Source: Octopus bimaculoides
Lineage: Eukaryota
DNA: 64,000 nt
Assembly: GCF_001194135.2 (NCBI RefSeq)
Contig: NC_068986.1
Location: 99,413,711 to 99,477,710, forward strand
Direction: 5' to 3'
Position 1 is the stretch's first letter; each line of letters starts with the position of its first letter. The notes under the pieces were generated by a model. It was not told where the DNA came from. It saw only the letters and a program-made list of their open reading frames with translations, and did no database searches. Of this stretch, positions 1-11,589 are shown piece by piece. A program made the translations under genes and the position numbers.

Positions 1-149
1 TGCTAAACCCTGGCGAAGTGAACCCTAGCCGTTACATGCAAGAGAGTATGAGCTTGTGGAACGTACTATGTTTCTGATAATTGTTTTAAGTGCTTATTTT
101 GGTGTGTGCAAACACACACGCCTCCTTTGGTCACCCCAACTGAACATCT

Positions 150-305
150 AGCATGTAACAGAAGAGAGGGCTGCACCAGCTCTCGACTGGTTGCAATTTC
201 AGCTGTATAGACGTGAGCACCATGAAATAAAGTGTTTTGCTGAAGAACACAACATACCACCTGGTACAGTGGTACCAAGTGGGAAACTAATCACACTAGT
301 GAGGT
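150..305 (-). mobile_element. Degenerate tRNA-derived SINE fragment (head similar to local families C/D)
   Basis: Reverse complement reads ...gtgttcttcagcaaaacactttatttcatggtgctc..., matching the gtgtccttgagcaagacactttatttcacg block of the copy at 34793. Confidence 0.5.
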
Positions 306-539
306 GCCGTAGAAATATAGAGTCGGATAATTTGTTATATATGTAGCTATAAACGAGAATCATTCCATATGGTTACAAACCAAGAGATATGAAAGTAAGG
401 TAAAGGTCTTGTGTTTATAAAAATATTAATGTTTTAAAAAGGTTTGTGGAGGATACGGGTTGATAATGGCAGGTGAACCGAAAGAGTTAAATAAAACTAA
501 AAATCTAATTATAGTTAAGACAAACGTAGACAAAGAGTA

Positions 540-830
540 ATCAAATAACAGAAAAAGAAAAGAGAGAGTTGAATGGTAAACAAACTTCGTAGAGCCAAAA
601 GGAATATACAGAGAACTCGTTTCTGAGTAGATTAATAATTAAAGATGTCATTATATCTTTAAGTTAAGACAGAGGTAGATGAAGGATAAAAGATATTCGA
701 AAATGGATGATAAGATGAGTGACTTCAATTGTAAACAAGCATGGAAATGCCAGAAGGAATACAAAGACAAGGTCTATTTTGTGTGGATTTTAGAGTCAAA
801 CGTAGAGAAACATAAGCTCGTTTTCATTTA
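540..830 (-). mobile_element. Decayed Penelope-like element, GIY-YIG endonuclease C-terminal fragment
   Basis: Minus-strand frames give K*TLSLYSFWHF...QLKSLILSS, YLCLNLKI and LRNEFSV, resembling the PLE EN tail (TxLSxYIWxL...WxIL, CxLCLxEK, LNxRxE); stops and frameshifts present. Confidence 0.4.
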
Positions 831-990
831 AATTAATCATAGATCGAGTGATGGTAATGGTTATAAATCAATACATTTATGTATATATATATATATATAT
901 TTAAAAATAGGATAAAATCTTTATAAGAATTTATCAAGTAGTCAACATGAAAAACCTCATAAGGGAAAGATTTTTAATTATTCCCTTTAA

Positions 991-1036
991 ATATATATTA
1001 AGGGCATTACTATACATAAATGCCCTTAATATATAT
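991..1036. repeat. Perfect 18-bp inverted repeat with 10-nt spacer
   Basis: atatatattaagggcatt (991-1008) / aatgcccttaatatatat (1019-1036). Confidence 0.85.
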
Positions 1037-1047
1037 ATATATATATA

Positions 1048-1962
1048 TTGGGTCATCCCATAAGTAATGCGGTCTTTTTAATTGTATGAAATAAAAATCA
1101 GAGGAGGACGGGATAATTTACCTAAATCAACTTGCTATAAAAGCAGGCAGAAAATTTCCCTTTTACTTATTCTTAGTGCAAGTTCTGAAGAGTGTAGTTC
1201 GATTTTAACAGTTATTTTTTCAACGCTATAATGGAAGTGACAAAGGTGCATATTCGGCATATTTTGCTTTATGAGTTCAATAAAGGCAACAACGCAACGG
1301 AAAGTGGGTGAAATGCAGTATATGGAGATCGGACAATAAGCGCAAGCCAGTGTCAACCGTGGTTCCAGAAATTCCGAACCGGAAACTACAGCCTAGAAGA
1401 CTAGTCTCGTCCTGGAAGAGCTGTAGAGCTCGACAAGGACGTCCTGCAAACCCTGGTGGTACAAAATCTCATCATAACTGTTGAGGAACTAGCAGAGAAG
1501 CTTGGATTTGGTCATTCAACCAGTCATTAAAGTCAGCACTAGAAGAAAAACGATCATGTTTGGTTTCAAGACGAAAGGTGTTCTTCCATCAGGATAATTC
1601 TCGACCACATACAGAATGGATGACATTCTAAAGGCTGGAGCAGTTTGAATGAGAAGCGATGCCCACCCACCATATTCGCCGGACATTGCCCCATCTGATT
1701 ATCATTTATTCCACAGTCTTCAAAATCATTTGGATCGAAAAAATATGAATTCTGTAGACGAGGTCAGAACAGTACTGGATGAGTATCTTTCGTCACGGAC
1801 AAGTGAATTTTGGAAGAGGGGCCTTGCAAGGCTACCAGATAGATGGAAGAGCATTGTAGAAAATACAGGAGAGTATATTTTAGATTAAAAAAGAACTTTA
1901 TCTTAATTTTGAAAAATAAAAAAAAGTATAAAAAAACCCCGCATTATTTATGGATGACCCAA
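1048..1962 (+). mobile_element. Internally deleted mariner DNA transposon
   Basis: TIRs ttgggtcatcccataagtaatgcgg (1048) and ccgcattatttatggatgacccaa (ends 1962), flanked by TA on both sides; transposase remnants inside. Confidence 0.92.
1231..1888 (+). pseudogene. Mariner transposase pseudogene (HTH part, large internal deletion, C-terminal catalytic part)
   Basis: MEVTKVHIRHILLYEFNKGNNATE...WFQKFRTGNYSLED*SRPGR...TVEELAEKLGFGHST, then HPPYSPDIAPSDYHLFHSLQNHL...RLPDRWKSIVENTGEYILD (YSPDLAPxD motif). Confidence 0.88.
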
Positions 1963-2039
1963 TATACGCACATATGTACATATAGATATATATATTTTAT
2001 ATGTTGTCTTTTACTGATTTCAGCCAAAGGCTGGGCCCT

Positions 2040-2480
2040 GCTGAAGCATTGCTTATCAGTGTGTTTGGGTTTCCTCTCTCTACTACTTTTGGTGAGGTAG
2101 CGAGTTGGACGATGTCCTTCTTTTATGTGCCTCCTGCAGCGATGTCGGTTCATCTGGTATTTCAGATAAAACTTTGTTCAGACGTTCTTTGAAGACCCCC
2201 ATATCTACACCTCGCATTTTCTATATGTATACTAGTGCATCAATGACCAATATTACATCTTTCTCTTTTATGTCGATTTAATCGATGGCTGCCTCTCCCA
2301 TGTAGATCTGCTGTGTTGAAGACTCTGCAGGCTTGCTTATTTGTATGTTTCCAAGGGAGAGGTGTAGACAATCTGGAATTGTTTATTTAACAATTTACTT
2401 ATCCCTCTGAGGTTTGCCGCTAGCGGCCCTATCTTGTAGAGTCCTGAAGTAGGTTCTTTCGTAAATTTGTAGAAGGTTTT
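2040..2480 (-). mobile_element. CR1/L2-group LINE 3' fragment
   Basis: Frameshifted minus-strand peptides GVDMGVFKERLNK / SLSEIPDEPTSLQEAHKRRTSSNSLPHQK* match the C-terminal FKxxLDxxLxxIPDEP...SNSL motif typical of invertebrate CR1-group LINEs. Confidence 0.55.
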
Positions 2481-2515
2481 GAGATTCACTTTTTGTATAC
2501 ACACACACACACACA

Positions 2516-2563
<48 letters not shown>

Positions 2564-2866
2564 NNNNNNNNNNNNNNNNNNNNNNNNNNNNNNNNNNNNN
2601 NNNCAGACACACACACACAGACACACAGACACACACACGCGCACACACACACACACATACACATACACACACACACACACAAACATATATGTATTATTTC
2701 AAAGGATTCGTTTAGGACCGAAGTACATCATCGTGTTAGACGCCACCATTTGGCTTGACAGAATCACACAGATCAGACAGTGAATTAATCCATCTCCATA
2801 TGCATCAATTATACCGACTGGATGCAGTTGTTAGGTAATTCTCGGTTGCAATCATTTACCAATGAT

Positions 2867-2959
2867 ACAATGATACAATTGTTTCGATAGAAATTTATTT
2901 ACTCCAATCATAACAGATTAAATCATATCACATAAATCTTCAGCCTCATCAGGCATTAT
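2867..2959 (-). ncRNA. Type I minimal hammerhead ribozyme (PLE-type) with extended stem II
   Basis: Minus strand: auaaugc CUGAUGA G...C GAAA C AAUU G U A ucauugu. Core intact, palindromic AAUU loop III, stem I pairs except 1.1/2.1. Confidence 0.7.
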
Positions 2960-3148
2960 TTTAAAACTTACTGATCATGACATAGCCTACTAATTTTTAC
3001 TAATCTACTAACTGAGATCAGTCGGCTATATCATGGCTAAATTTAAATAACGCGTGATGAGATTGGAGATTTATATATTTACACACACAGACACAGACAG
3101 ACAGACACACGTACATATATGTATATGTGTGTATAAATATATTAGTCT

Positions 3149-3496
3149 GTGGAGGCGCAATGGACCAGTGGTTAGGGCAGCGGACTCGCGGTCATAGGAT
3201 CGCGGTTTCGATTCCCAGAGCGAGCGTTGTGAGTGTTTATTGAGCGAAAACACCTAAAGTTCCACGAGGCTCCGGCAGGGGATGGTGGCGAACCCTGCTG
3301 TATTCTTCCACCACAACTTTCTCTCATTCTTACTTCCTGTTTCTGTTGTACCTGTATTTCAAAGGGCCAGCCTTGTCACACTCTGTGTCACGCTGAATAT
3401 CCCCGAGAACTACGTTAAGGGTACACGTGTCTGTGGAGTGCTCAGCCACTTGCATGTTAATTTCACGAGCAGGCTGTTCCGTTGATCGGATTAACT
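3149..3496 (+). mobile_element. tRNA-derived SINE, local family A (truncated by N-gap)
   Basis: Head gtggaggcgcaatggaccagtggttagggcagcgg...ggtttcgattccc with A/B boxes; body ~90% identical to the minus copy at 12683-13181. Confidence 0.9.
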
Positions 3497-4238
3497 NNNN
3501 NNNNNNNNNNNNNNNNNNNNNNNNNNNNNNNNNNNNNNNNNNNNNNNNNNNNNNNNNNNNNNNNNNNNNNNNNNNNNNNNNNNNNNNNNNNNNNNNNNNN
3601 NNNNNNNNNNNNNNNNNNNNNNNNNNNNNNNNNNNNNNNNNNNNNNNNNNNNNNNNNNNNNNNNNNNNNNNNNNNNNNNNNNNNNNNNNNNNNNNNNNNN
3701 NNNNNNNNNNNNNNNNNNNNNNNNNNNNNNNNNNNNNNNNNNNNNNNNNNNNNNNNNNNNNNNNNNNNNNNNNNNNNNNNNNNNNNNNNNNNNNNNNNNN
3801 NNNNNNNNNNNNNNNNNNNNNNNNNNNNNNNNNNNNNNNNNNNNNNNNNNNNNNNNNNNNNNNNNNNNNNNNNNNNNNNNNNNNNNNNNNNNNNNNNNNN
3901 NNNNNNNNNNNNNNNNNNNNNNNNNNNNNNNNNNNNNNNNNNNNNNNNNNNNNNNNNNNNNNNNNNNNNNNNNNNNNNNNNNNNNNNNNNNNNNNNNNNN
4001 NNNNNNNNNNNNNNNNNNNNNNNNNNNNNNNNNNNNNNNNNNNNNNNNNNNNNNNNNNNNNNNNNNNNNNNNNNNNNNNNNNNNNNNNNNNNNNNNNNNN
4101 NNNNNNNNNNNNNNNNNNNNNNNNNNNNNNNNNNNNNNNNNNNNNNNNNNNNNNNNNNNNNNNNNNNNNNNNNNNNNNNNNNNNNNNNNCACACACACAC
4201 ACACACACACACTATCAGAAGTGTACAGTATTATATAA

Positions 4239-4326
4239 CTAATCTTGCCAATCTGTTTTGCGCTAGGGGTACAACAAAGTGTTAGGTAGCAATCCGATTA
4301 TATAACCCCACGCTCATCAGAGGTAG
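4239..4326 (-). ncRNA. Decayed PLE-type hammerhead ribozyme
   Basis: Minus strand: cuaccu CUGAUGA GCG-ugggg...cccc-uag-CGC aAAA C agauu G g C aagauuag. G12 and U16.1 are substituted. Confidence 0.5.
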
Positions 4327-4841
4327 CCGATATGGCATGAAATATGGTGACTACTCTCTCTCTATATATATGGAGTTAGAGGGCAAACATATGAACGTAA
4401 CTCTCGTGCGTTTCCTACTGGCTCTGTTTGTTTATCTCCTTTCTTCTTCGCTTCCTGTTTGTTCTGGACTTTTCTTTAGTATAAAAATTATAACTGTTAC
4501 TGTATAATTTTTACTCTTTCTTTTCTTTGAGCTTCAACACATTAATATTAATTCTGAACATCTCTTGTACTGTTGCTATTGGTATTTACTTTTTGCTTTC
4601 TCTCTGTTTATATACATATACATATATTTAAATATGCGTGTGAGTGTGAGTGTGAGTGTGTGTGCGAGCGGGCGTGTATGTATATATGTTACTGCTAAAG
4701 ATAGTTTAAGCCGATTAAGTATATAGATGCAAATGACTGCTCTTGGATTTACTGCCAAGTAATAATGTGGAGTTTAACGACCTGTTATTGAGCTCTTATT
4801 TACTGTGGAATTGTTTTCTGATCTTCATACTTCAATTTTCT

Positions 4842-4920
4842 ATGTATGTATGTATGTATGTATGTATGTATGTATGTATGTATGTATGTATGTATGTACA
4901 CATGCATGTATGTATGTATG
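4842..4920. repeat. (TATG)n microsatellite
   Basis: Direct reading; representative of many (TA)n, (TG)n, (TATG)n and (TATC)n tracts in the window. Confidence 0.95.
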
Positions 4921-6240
4921 TATCTATCGATCTGTCTATCTACTTTATAACTAAACCTGTATAAACTTTTCTTTTAATTATTCGCATTTATATCAATCTT
5001 CATTGAAAAGGAATCTCTATTTGAGTTCTATACGAATGGAGTTTATTTCTACTTACACTTGTCTTCCTAAAATCGACAGAAAGGGAGATGCTGCCTCTTT
5101 TCGCCTTCCGGCCATTCCAGGCTTGTTTACAGTTCGACTCAGTCACCGAATTATCCAATTATCCTTTCACGTAAAAATAATTACACCCTTAATTTTAAAT
5201 CCACTCCGAAGAGAAACAGTTCACTTAGATTCTACGAGTTTTGTTTACCACTGCATTCTCTCTCGTCTAATTATTTAATTATACAGTGATATAAAGTGTA
5301 ATTATATATGTAATTTCATCATACTTTTGCGCTACAGTATGATAAGCTACAGTACACCACCAATCTTTAAACATAAAGATTATAGTGGAAAACGTCTATT
5401 TTACACGGCTTCTAGTGTGGTACTTGGAGAGCGAAGCTGGTAGTAACGGTGGCTTTATGAAGCTACTGCTTTATGTTTAGTTTTTCAGTTACATCATTGT
5501 TTTGATAGGTGTATAAAATGTTTGCTCTTCAAACGTTTATCAAAAATGGAATGCAGGGGGCTCTTTTTTGTCACATCTGTAGTTTCTTATGAACAACTTT
5601 GCAAGATATTAATATACGAAGTATATTAATATTTAAGATATTAATATGCTTAGTATATTAATAATTAATATATTTGCAAGCACAAATCTTTTCCTTTACG
5701 TTCATATCAACTGGTTTATGAACATATTTGTTATTCTTTATGACCGCTTAAGTAGACTTTTTAGAATCATTAACTATGTTTTCCCTTTCTTAATATTTTG
5801 ATACGGCCGTCTTCAATTTTTAACTGAGTTTTCACTACAAAGATCATAGAATTAATTTCTTCACCCTTTCTTCGTATTAGTGTTTTCCGCTATTAATCTA
5901 ACACCATCTCGTTTCGTGACAATACACACATACATACATACATACATACATATAAACATACATACATACATACATACATACATACATACATGCATACATG
6001 CATACATATACACACATACATATATATGATAATATATACCATATACATTCATTAATACACACAAAACACACGCACTCACTCACACATACGCACAAACACA
6101 GACATATACATACTACATATAGTGATTTCGAAGTTTAGAAATGTCCAATGATTGCTCTGCTCTCGCTGTCAATACAATTATCGATTGCTATTTCCAGTAA
6201 ATATTGGTGCAGTGTTATACCACTATTCTATATTTATATA

Positions 6241-6275
<35 letters not shown>

Positions 6276-7479
6276 NNNNNNNNNNNNNNNNNNNNNNNNN
6301 NNNNNNNNNNNNNNNNNNNNNNNNNNNNNNNNNNNNNNNNNNNNNNNNNNNNNNNNNNNNNNNNNNNNNNNNNNNNNNNNNNNNNNNNNNNNNNNNNNNN
6401 NNNNNNNNNNNNNNNNNNNNNNNNNNNNNNNNNNNNNNNNNNNNNNNNNNNNNNNNNNNNNNNNNNNNNNNNNNNNNNNNNNNNNNNNNNNNNNNNNNNN
6501 NNNNNNNNNNNNNNNNNNNNNNNNNNNNNNNNNNNNNNNNNNNNNNNNNNNNNNNNNNNNNNNNNNNNNNNNNNNNNNNNNNNNNNNNNNNNNNNNNNNN
6601 NNNNNNNNNNNNNNNNNNNNNNNNNNNNNNNNNNNNNNNNNNNNNNNNNNNNNNNNNNNNNNNNNNNNNNNNNNNNNNNNNNNNNNNNNNNNNNNNNNNN
6701 NNNNNNNNNNNNNNNNNNNNNNNNNNNNNNNNNNNNNNNNNNNNNNNNNNNNNNNNNNNNNNNNNNNNNNNNNNNNNNNNNNNNNNNNNNNNNNNNNNNN
6801 NNNNNNNNNNNNNNNNNNNNNNNNNNNNNNNNNNNNNNNNNNNNNNNNNNNNNNNNNNNNNNNNNNNNNNNNNNNNNNNNNNNNNNNNNNNNNNNNNNNN
6901 NNNNNNNNNNNNNNNNNNNNNNNNNNNNNNNNNNNNNNNNNNNNNNNNNNNNNNNNNNNNNNNNNNNNNNNNNNNNNNNNNNNNNNNNNNNNNNNNNNNN
7001 NNNNNNNNNNNNNNNNNNNNNNNNNNNNNNNNNNNNNNNNNNNNNNNNNNNNNNNNNNNNNNNNNNNNNNNNNNNNNNNNNNNNNNNNNNNNNNNNNNNN
7101 NNNNNNNNNNNNNNNNNNNNNNNNNNNNNNNNNNNNNNNNNNNNNNNNNNNNNNNNNNNNNNNNNNNNNNNNNNNNNNNNNNNNNNNNNNNNNNNNNNNN
7201 NNNNNNNNNNNNNNNNNNNNNNNNNNNNNNNNNNNNNNNNNNNNNNNNNNNNNNNNNNAGTAGTGACAGGTAGAGGCGAAGAACAGTAGAGGGAAGAATG
7301 AGAGGGGGAGATAGAAATAGAGAGAGTCGCGTTAGAAAAATAGTTAAAACTTACTGTATAAAGGTAACGCGTGCGTTCTGTCGTGATACAAACAATATAT
7401 GAGTATATACATATATATGTACATGTATGTATATACGTTCATCTACATGTTTATGTCCAAAGGTTTTCTTGGGAGTACA

Positions 7480-7710
7480 TAATTACTGTATCGTTCATGT
7501 TCGGTGGTGCCGGTTGGGAGTGAAGATATCTGAACCTTGTTTTTCTTGGTTTCTAACCAGAGTTCCGTGTCTAAAACTGGTAACCTATAGTTGGGGTGCT
7601 TGTTAGGATAGTCAATCGTTACTTTGTTACTCTGGTGGATAGAGGTAGCTATTTGTTGGATGCTCTCCATAGTGTTTGAAAAACATTCACAAAAATTCGT
7701 TGGAACCTGA
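7480..7710 (-). mobile_element. Penelope-like RT fragment (C-terminal RT motifs)
   Basis: ORF 7443-7751 contains TMESIQQIATSIHQSNKVTIDYPNKHPNYRLPVLDTELW, resembling the PLE IANSIHxSIxVTxDYPSxHxNxRxPVLD motif. Confidence 0.7.
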
Positions 7711-8229
7711 ATAAAATAACAACAACGACACAAACGGCCATAACAACACAAGCAACAATAATAATACCTCTGAACACCTTGACTATAACAACAACTTCAA
7801 CAACAGCGACAACAACAACAGAGTAGCTGCCTGGGTAGGTGGCGTTGCTGAATTCGCCGTTCGAAGATATATAGTTTTCGCAGTGACACACAGTCACTGA
7901 TCTAATAAAATAGAAATATTATTTCTAAACCTCTCAAAGAGAGATAATATATTTATATATATTACCATTGAAGCTAACACCATTCCGCTTCTAAAAGTAT
8001 ACATAAAGCTGAATATAGTATTTAACAAATTGAGAGTCTAGTTTGTTAGTTAATAGAGACTAATTTGTTATTTCAGACAGGTTGTGGGCAAATTTAAAAG
8101 ATTAATTTCGCTGGATCCTGCTATTAGTGAGATGCATGTGGTCTTTGGTAGTGATGACAATGATGTTGATTGCAATGCAGTTGTTCTCGAATTTTAACCG
8201 AGTTTAGTCCTGTCTGAAGAAATGTGTGA

Positions 8230-8700
8230 CGAAAAGCATATTCTAGCTACGACCCCCTCGAGAATTGCCTATCTTGGACTGCATTATCCAATGTGCCCCA
8301 CTTTTCTTGACGTTTGTTTTGTAATTTAAGATTGTATTGGATGCTATTCTGGCAGATCGATCGATCACTTAGAGGGTACCACATTGTTACATCGGTATGT
8401 TCGAAGGCAGCATTAAAAACCATTTCTTCTACCTTAAACCAACCGGGAATGATGAGAAGAGAAAGATCCACAGCATTACTCATGTACGTATGTCTTCTGG
8501 AACACCGATTTGTTGACATGTTGACACGGTTGGTCAATCGTCTAAGGTAGATCTTTCCTTAATATACCAACGAAATTTCGAATAAGCACTGCAGAGAAAT
8601 GCCATATAAAAGCAAGCATAGTGATACTTAAAACTAAAGAGGCTAGATAATATCTAAATGCCGACAGAAGAAAACATTTTACCTGCTAAATAATAATAAT
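8230..8700 (+). mobile_element. Penelope-like GIY-YIG endonuclease 3' fragment
   Basis: Frameshifted HYIGMFEGSIKNHF, RSTALLMYV...MLTRLVNR, ISTAEKCHI and KCRQKK, resembling YIGxTE...F, STALSxYVW, CLxEK and SKCRH of C-terminal-EN PLEs. Confidence 0.6.
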
Positions 8701-8851
8701 GATATAAAACCAGGCTGAGATACCGAGTGTATCTTAGTAAACTACTGTAGGAAAAACGTGACTAATCGGAAGTTTGCAACACGCCATACTGTAAAACTGA
8801 ACGCCAAAGATAATCCCGTTACGGTTACAAAAAAAATTGTTAATGTGAAAA

Positions 8852-8886
8852 CTGATGAGTGCCATAACAGTAAGAAACTCGAAGTA
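8852..8886 (+). ncRNA. Decayed PLE-type minimal hammerhead core
   Basis: CTGATGA gtgccataacagtaa GAAA C tcgaa GT A about 150 nt 3' of the PLE EN fragment; stems I and II no longer pair. Confidence 0.45.
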
Positions 8887-9420
8887 ATGGAATGTATAAA
8901 CATAATAAAAGCATACATGGATATATGTGCACATGAACACGCGCACACACGCTCTGACAAAAAAATATTTTTCAATCAACGTTTGATTGTATTAAAGTTT
9001 ATTTCTAAAAGCACGTAATAGAGAAATGCGACAACGAATAATACAATAGCGTTATCAATTGTTTCTTTTTCTTCGTTTATTTAGAAAGATTCCGAATGCT
9101 GATACAATGAAATAATTGAAAGAAGTTTGTATAACAAATTACTGACGCAATGGCATCGTTTATAATTGGATTGCACAGCTTATAATTGCAAAGAACTATT
9201 GTTTTTGAGAGACAGCGAGTTGAAATTGATACAGACATGTTAGACATACATACACATACACACACGCACACACAGCCCCATGCAGATACATATGACACAC
9301 ACACACACATACTTACACAAACTTACACACATTTTTGTATATATGCATATATATCTATCTTTATACATATATACATAATTGTATATGTGTACGTGTATAT
9401 ATGTATTTACACACATTTGC

Positions 9421-9462
<42 letters not shown>

Positions 9463-9519
9463 GTGTGTGTGTGTGTACGTATATATGTATGTATACGCGT
9501 GTGTGTACATTGACACAAA

Positions 9520-9720
9520 GACGTCACGCTAGCAGAGTCGTAAGCACCTTTGGACAAAATGTTTAGCATTGCTTCTTCCAGCTATTTATTTTCCGAGTTC
9601 AAATATCGGCAAGGCAAACCTTGCCTGTCATTCCTTCTAGTTCGATAAGATTAAGTACCACTCAAGAACTAGGGATGGCTTAGCCGACTTTCTCCCTCCC
9701 TTCAAAATTGGCGTCCCGTT
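9520..9720 (+). mobile_element. Degenerate SINE, local family E
   Basis: ...acaaaatgtttagc...ccgagttcaaat...aaccttgcctgtcattcc...gataagattaagtacc matches family E blocks. Confidence 0.65.
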
Positions 9721-9849
9721 CAAGGAAAAATGTTGCCATCTCGGTTACTTACACGCTGAGTAAGCTACTTTGTTAGTCCGAGAACTCAAGAAATATTAAA
9801 ATTTATACACACACGACACTCATATTTGTGTGCTTATGTGTTCAGCATG

Positions 9850-10100
9850 TATGAATGTATGTAGCCTAGTAGTTAGAATGTTCAGCTAATGATCATAAAG
9901 TATTGGGTTTGAAACCCAGAAAACGTGGCGTGTTGTGCTCTTTACCAGATACTTCATTTTAAATTGCTTCAGTCAATTCAACTGTAATGAGGTCTCCGAT
10001 TATAGGGATGCAACGACAGTGAACCCTTGTATCAGTTCATAAGCTTAGATTTTTCCGTGGAGTCACTCGTCCCTCTGCTTACATCGACAGAAATATGTTT
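9850..10100 (+). mobile_element. Old degenerate tRNA-derived SINE
   Basis: gtagcctagtagttagaatgttcagct...gggtttgaaaccc...gtgttgtgctctttacc tRNA-like head with decayed body. Confidence 0.45.
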
Positions 10101-10149
10101 TACATTTTTTAAACTTACAGTACAGCTAAGAATTTTCAACCATTATCGT

Positions 10150-10700
10150 TTTCAGTTCTTATAGCAATTTTGGAATTATAATATTAGTTATACATTCAAT
10201 AAAGTTAATATTTTTATTAAGAGAAAGAATAGTAGTAGAATACAAACCCTTAACATCAAATTTCAAGAATTCGGTATTATCGTGTGGTACACATTAAAAC
10301 CATCAGATGACTTTGTGCAATTTTCTATAAAGTTAATGGTAATACCTCCTTACTTTAGGTATTATTTATTCCAGTTTACATTTGCTGATTCCCCCAATAT
10401 CTGTTTTCGTAGGGTTAATTAAATTAGGGGTAGGTTTTGTTGGAAAATAACTTTGTGGAATTTCCAGGAAAATATGATGATTTGTTTGGTAGTTGTTCAA
10501 TTATATCCTTTAGGATTAAATTTCCCATAATTTATTAGCCTTGGATATTAAAATCTCCAAGTATATTCCCACTAGTTTTCTTATACGAGACAGCGATAGA
10601 ATTAGTAATACGTCTGTAGATAGTGATTTTCTCAATTCATAATACGTTTTAGTTTTATTCGTCTGAACAAACCTTTGATTAGAAAATTTTTCACGTTGCT
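10150..10700 (-). mobile_element. Penelope-like RT fragment
   Basis: Minus strand FPTKPTPNLINPTKTDIGGISKCKLE* (10376-10446) and FLKFDVKGLYSTTI (~10230-10269) match PLE RT motifs NFxxxPxCRLINPxKxxIGxISK and FDxxxxYPSI. Confidence 0.75.
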
Positions 10701-10713
10701 TTTAGTTTCTTTT

Positions 10714-10885
10714 GTGAAGACGAGTGGCTTAGTGGTTAGAGTATTACACGCAAGATCGTGCTTTCGATTATTGGGCCGGGCAGTGCGTTATATTCTTGAG
10801 CATAACACTTCACTTTACCATGTCGACTCAGCTGAAAATGAGTAACCCTGCGACGGACTGGCGTCCAGAGGCAGAAAAATGTTTT
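10714..10885 (+). mobile_element. tRNA-derived SINE, local family D (head 2 + tail B)
   Basis: gtgaagacgagtggcttagtggttagag head like 34793; tail gagtaaccctgcgacggactggcgtcc like 14405-14700. Confidence 0.7.
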
Positions 10886-11589
10886 GATCCTGGTCACATA
10901 CATCATACCCAATCCTGTTAACCTACAGTGATGTCCAGAAGACTTTAATTTCTTTTACGAAATATTTTGAGACTCATTTTCAATTTTACTCGAACATTTT
11001 TATGAATAAAAGAAATAATAATCTTAAAATGTTGGATAAAAACTGCTTGGCGGTGGAAGTTTTGCATTTTCACATGTTCTCTTATTTGTCTTAGAAATAA
11101 AATTTCCATTGCAGTTTTATAATAAAATTTCGTGGTCACAATATTATTTATATATTTCATGTATGCTTTTACAGTAACATTTTACATATTTTTGTAGATT
11201 ATATCCATTTTCTTCATCTGCATGCTGCTAAAGTTTAAAAGGAGATGGAGTGTAAGTGAGTTTGATACATTTAATTAATTTTTGTTATCACACTTTTCCT
11301 CTTTGTTACCTTTTAATATTCATTTAATGTTAATATTTATTATTAATATGTAATATTTGATATTTGATAATAATACTTAATATTAATATTCGATAATAAT
11401 ATTTAATATTAATTTAATATCCAATATTAATTTAATGTTTAGTATTAAGTTTTTAAAGATTTTCAATATTTTTAAATAGATTAATATTTTCCCATAGGAT
11501 ATACTAGAGTACACAGAACGGTTTATAATCACCAAACTTTTTAACTCAAACAATATTTCTTTTATTCTCATTTATTATTCCAGTCCATC

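Noticed and set aside
3149-3230. tRNA-like sequences (also 13100-13181, 14620-14700, 34793-34860)
   Set aside because: SINE heads with A/B boxes continuing into SINE bodies; no complete cloverleaf.
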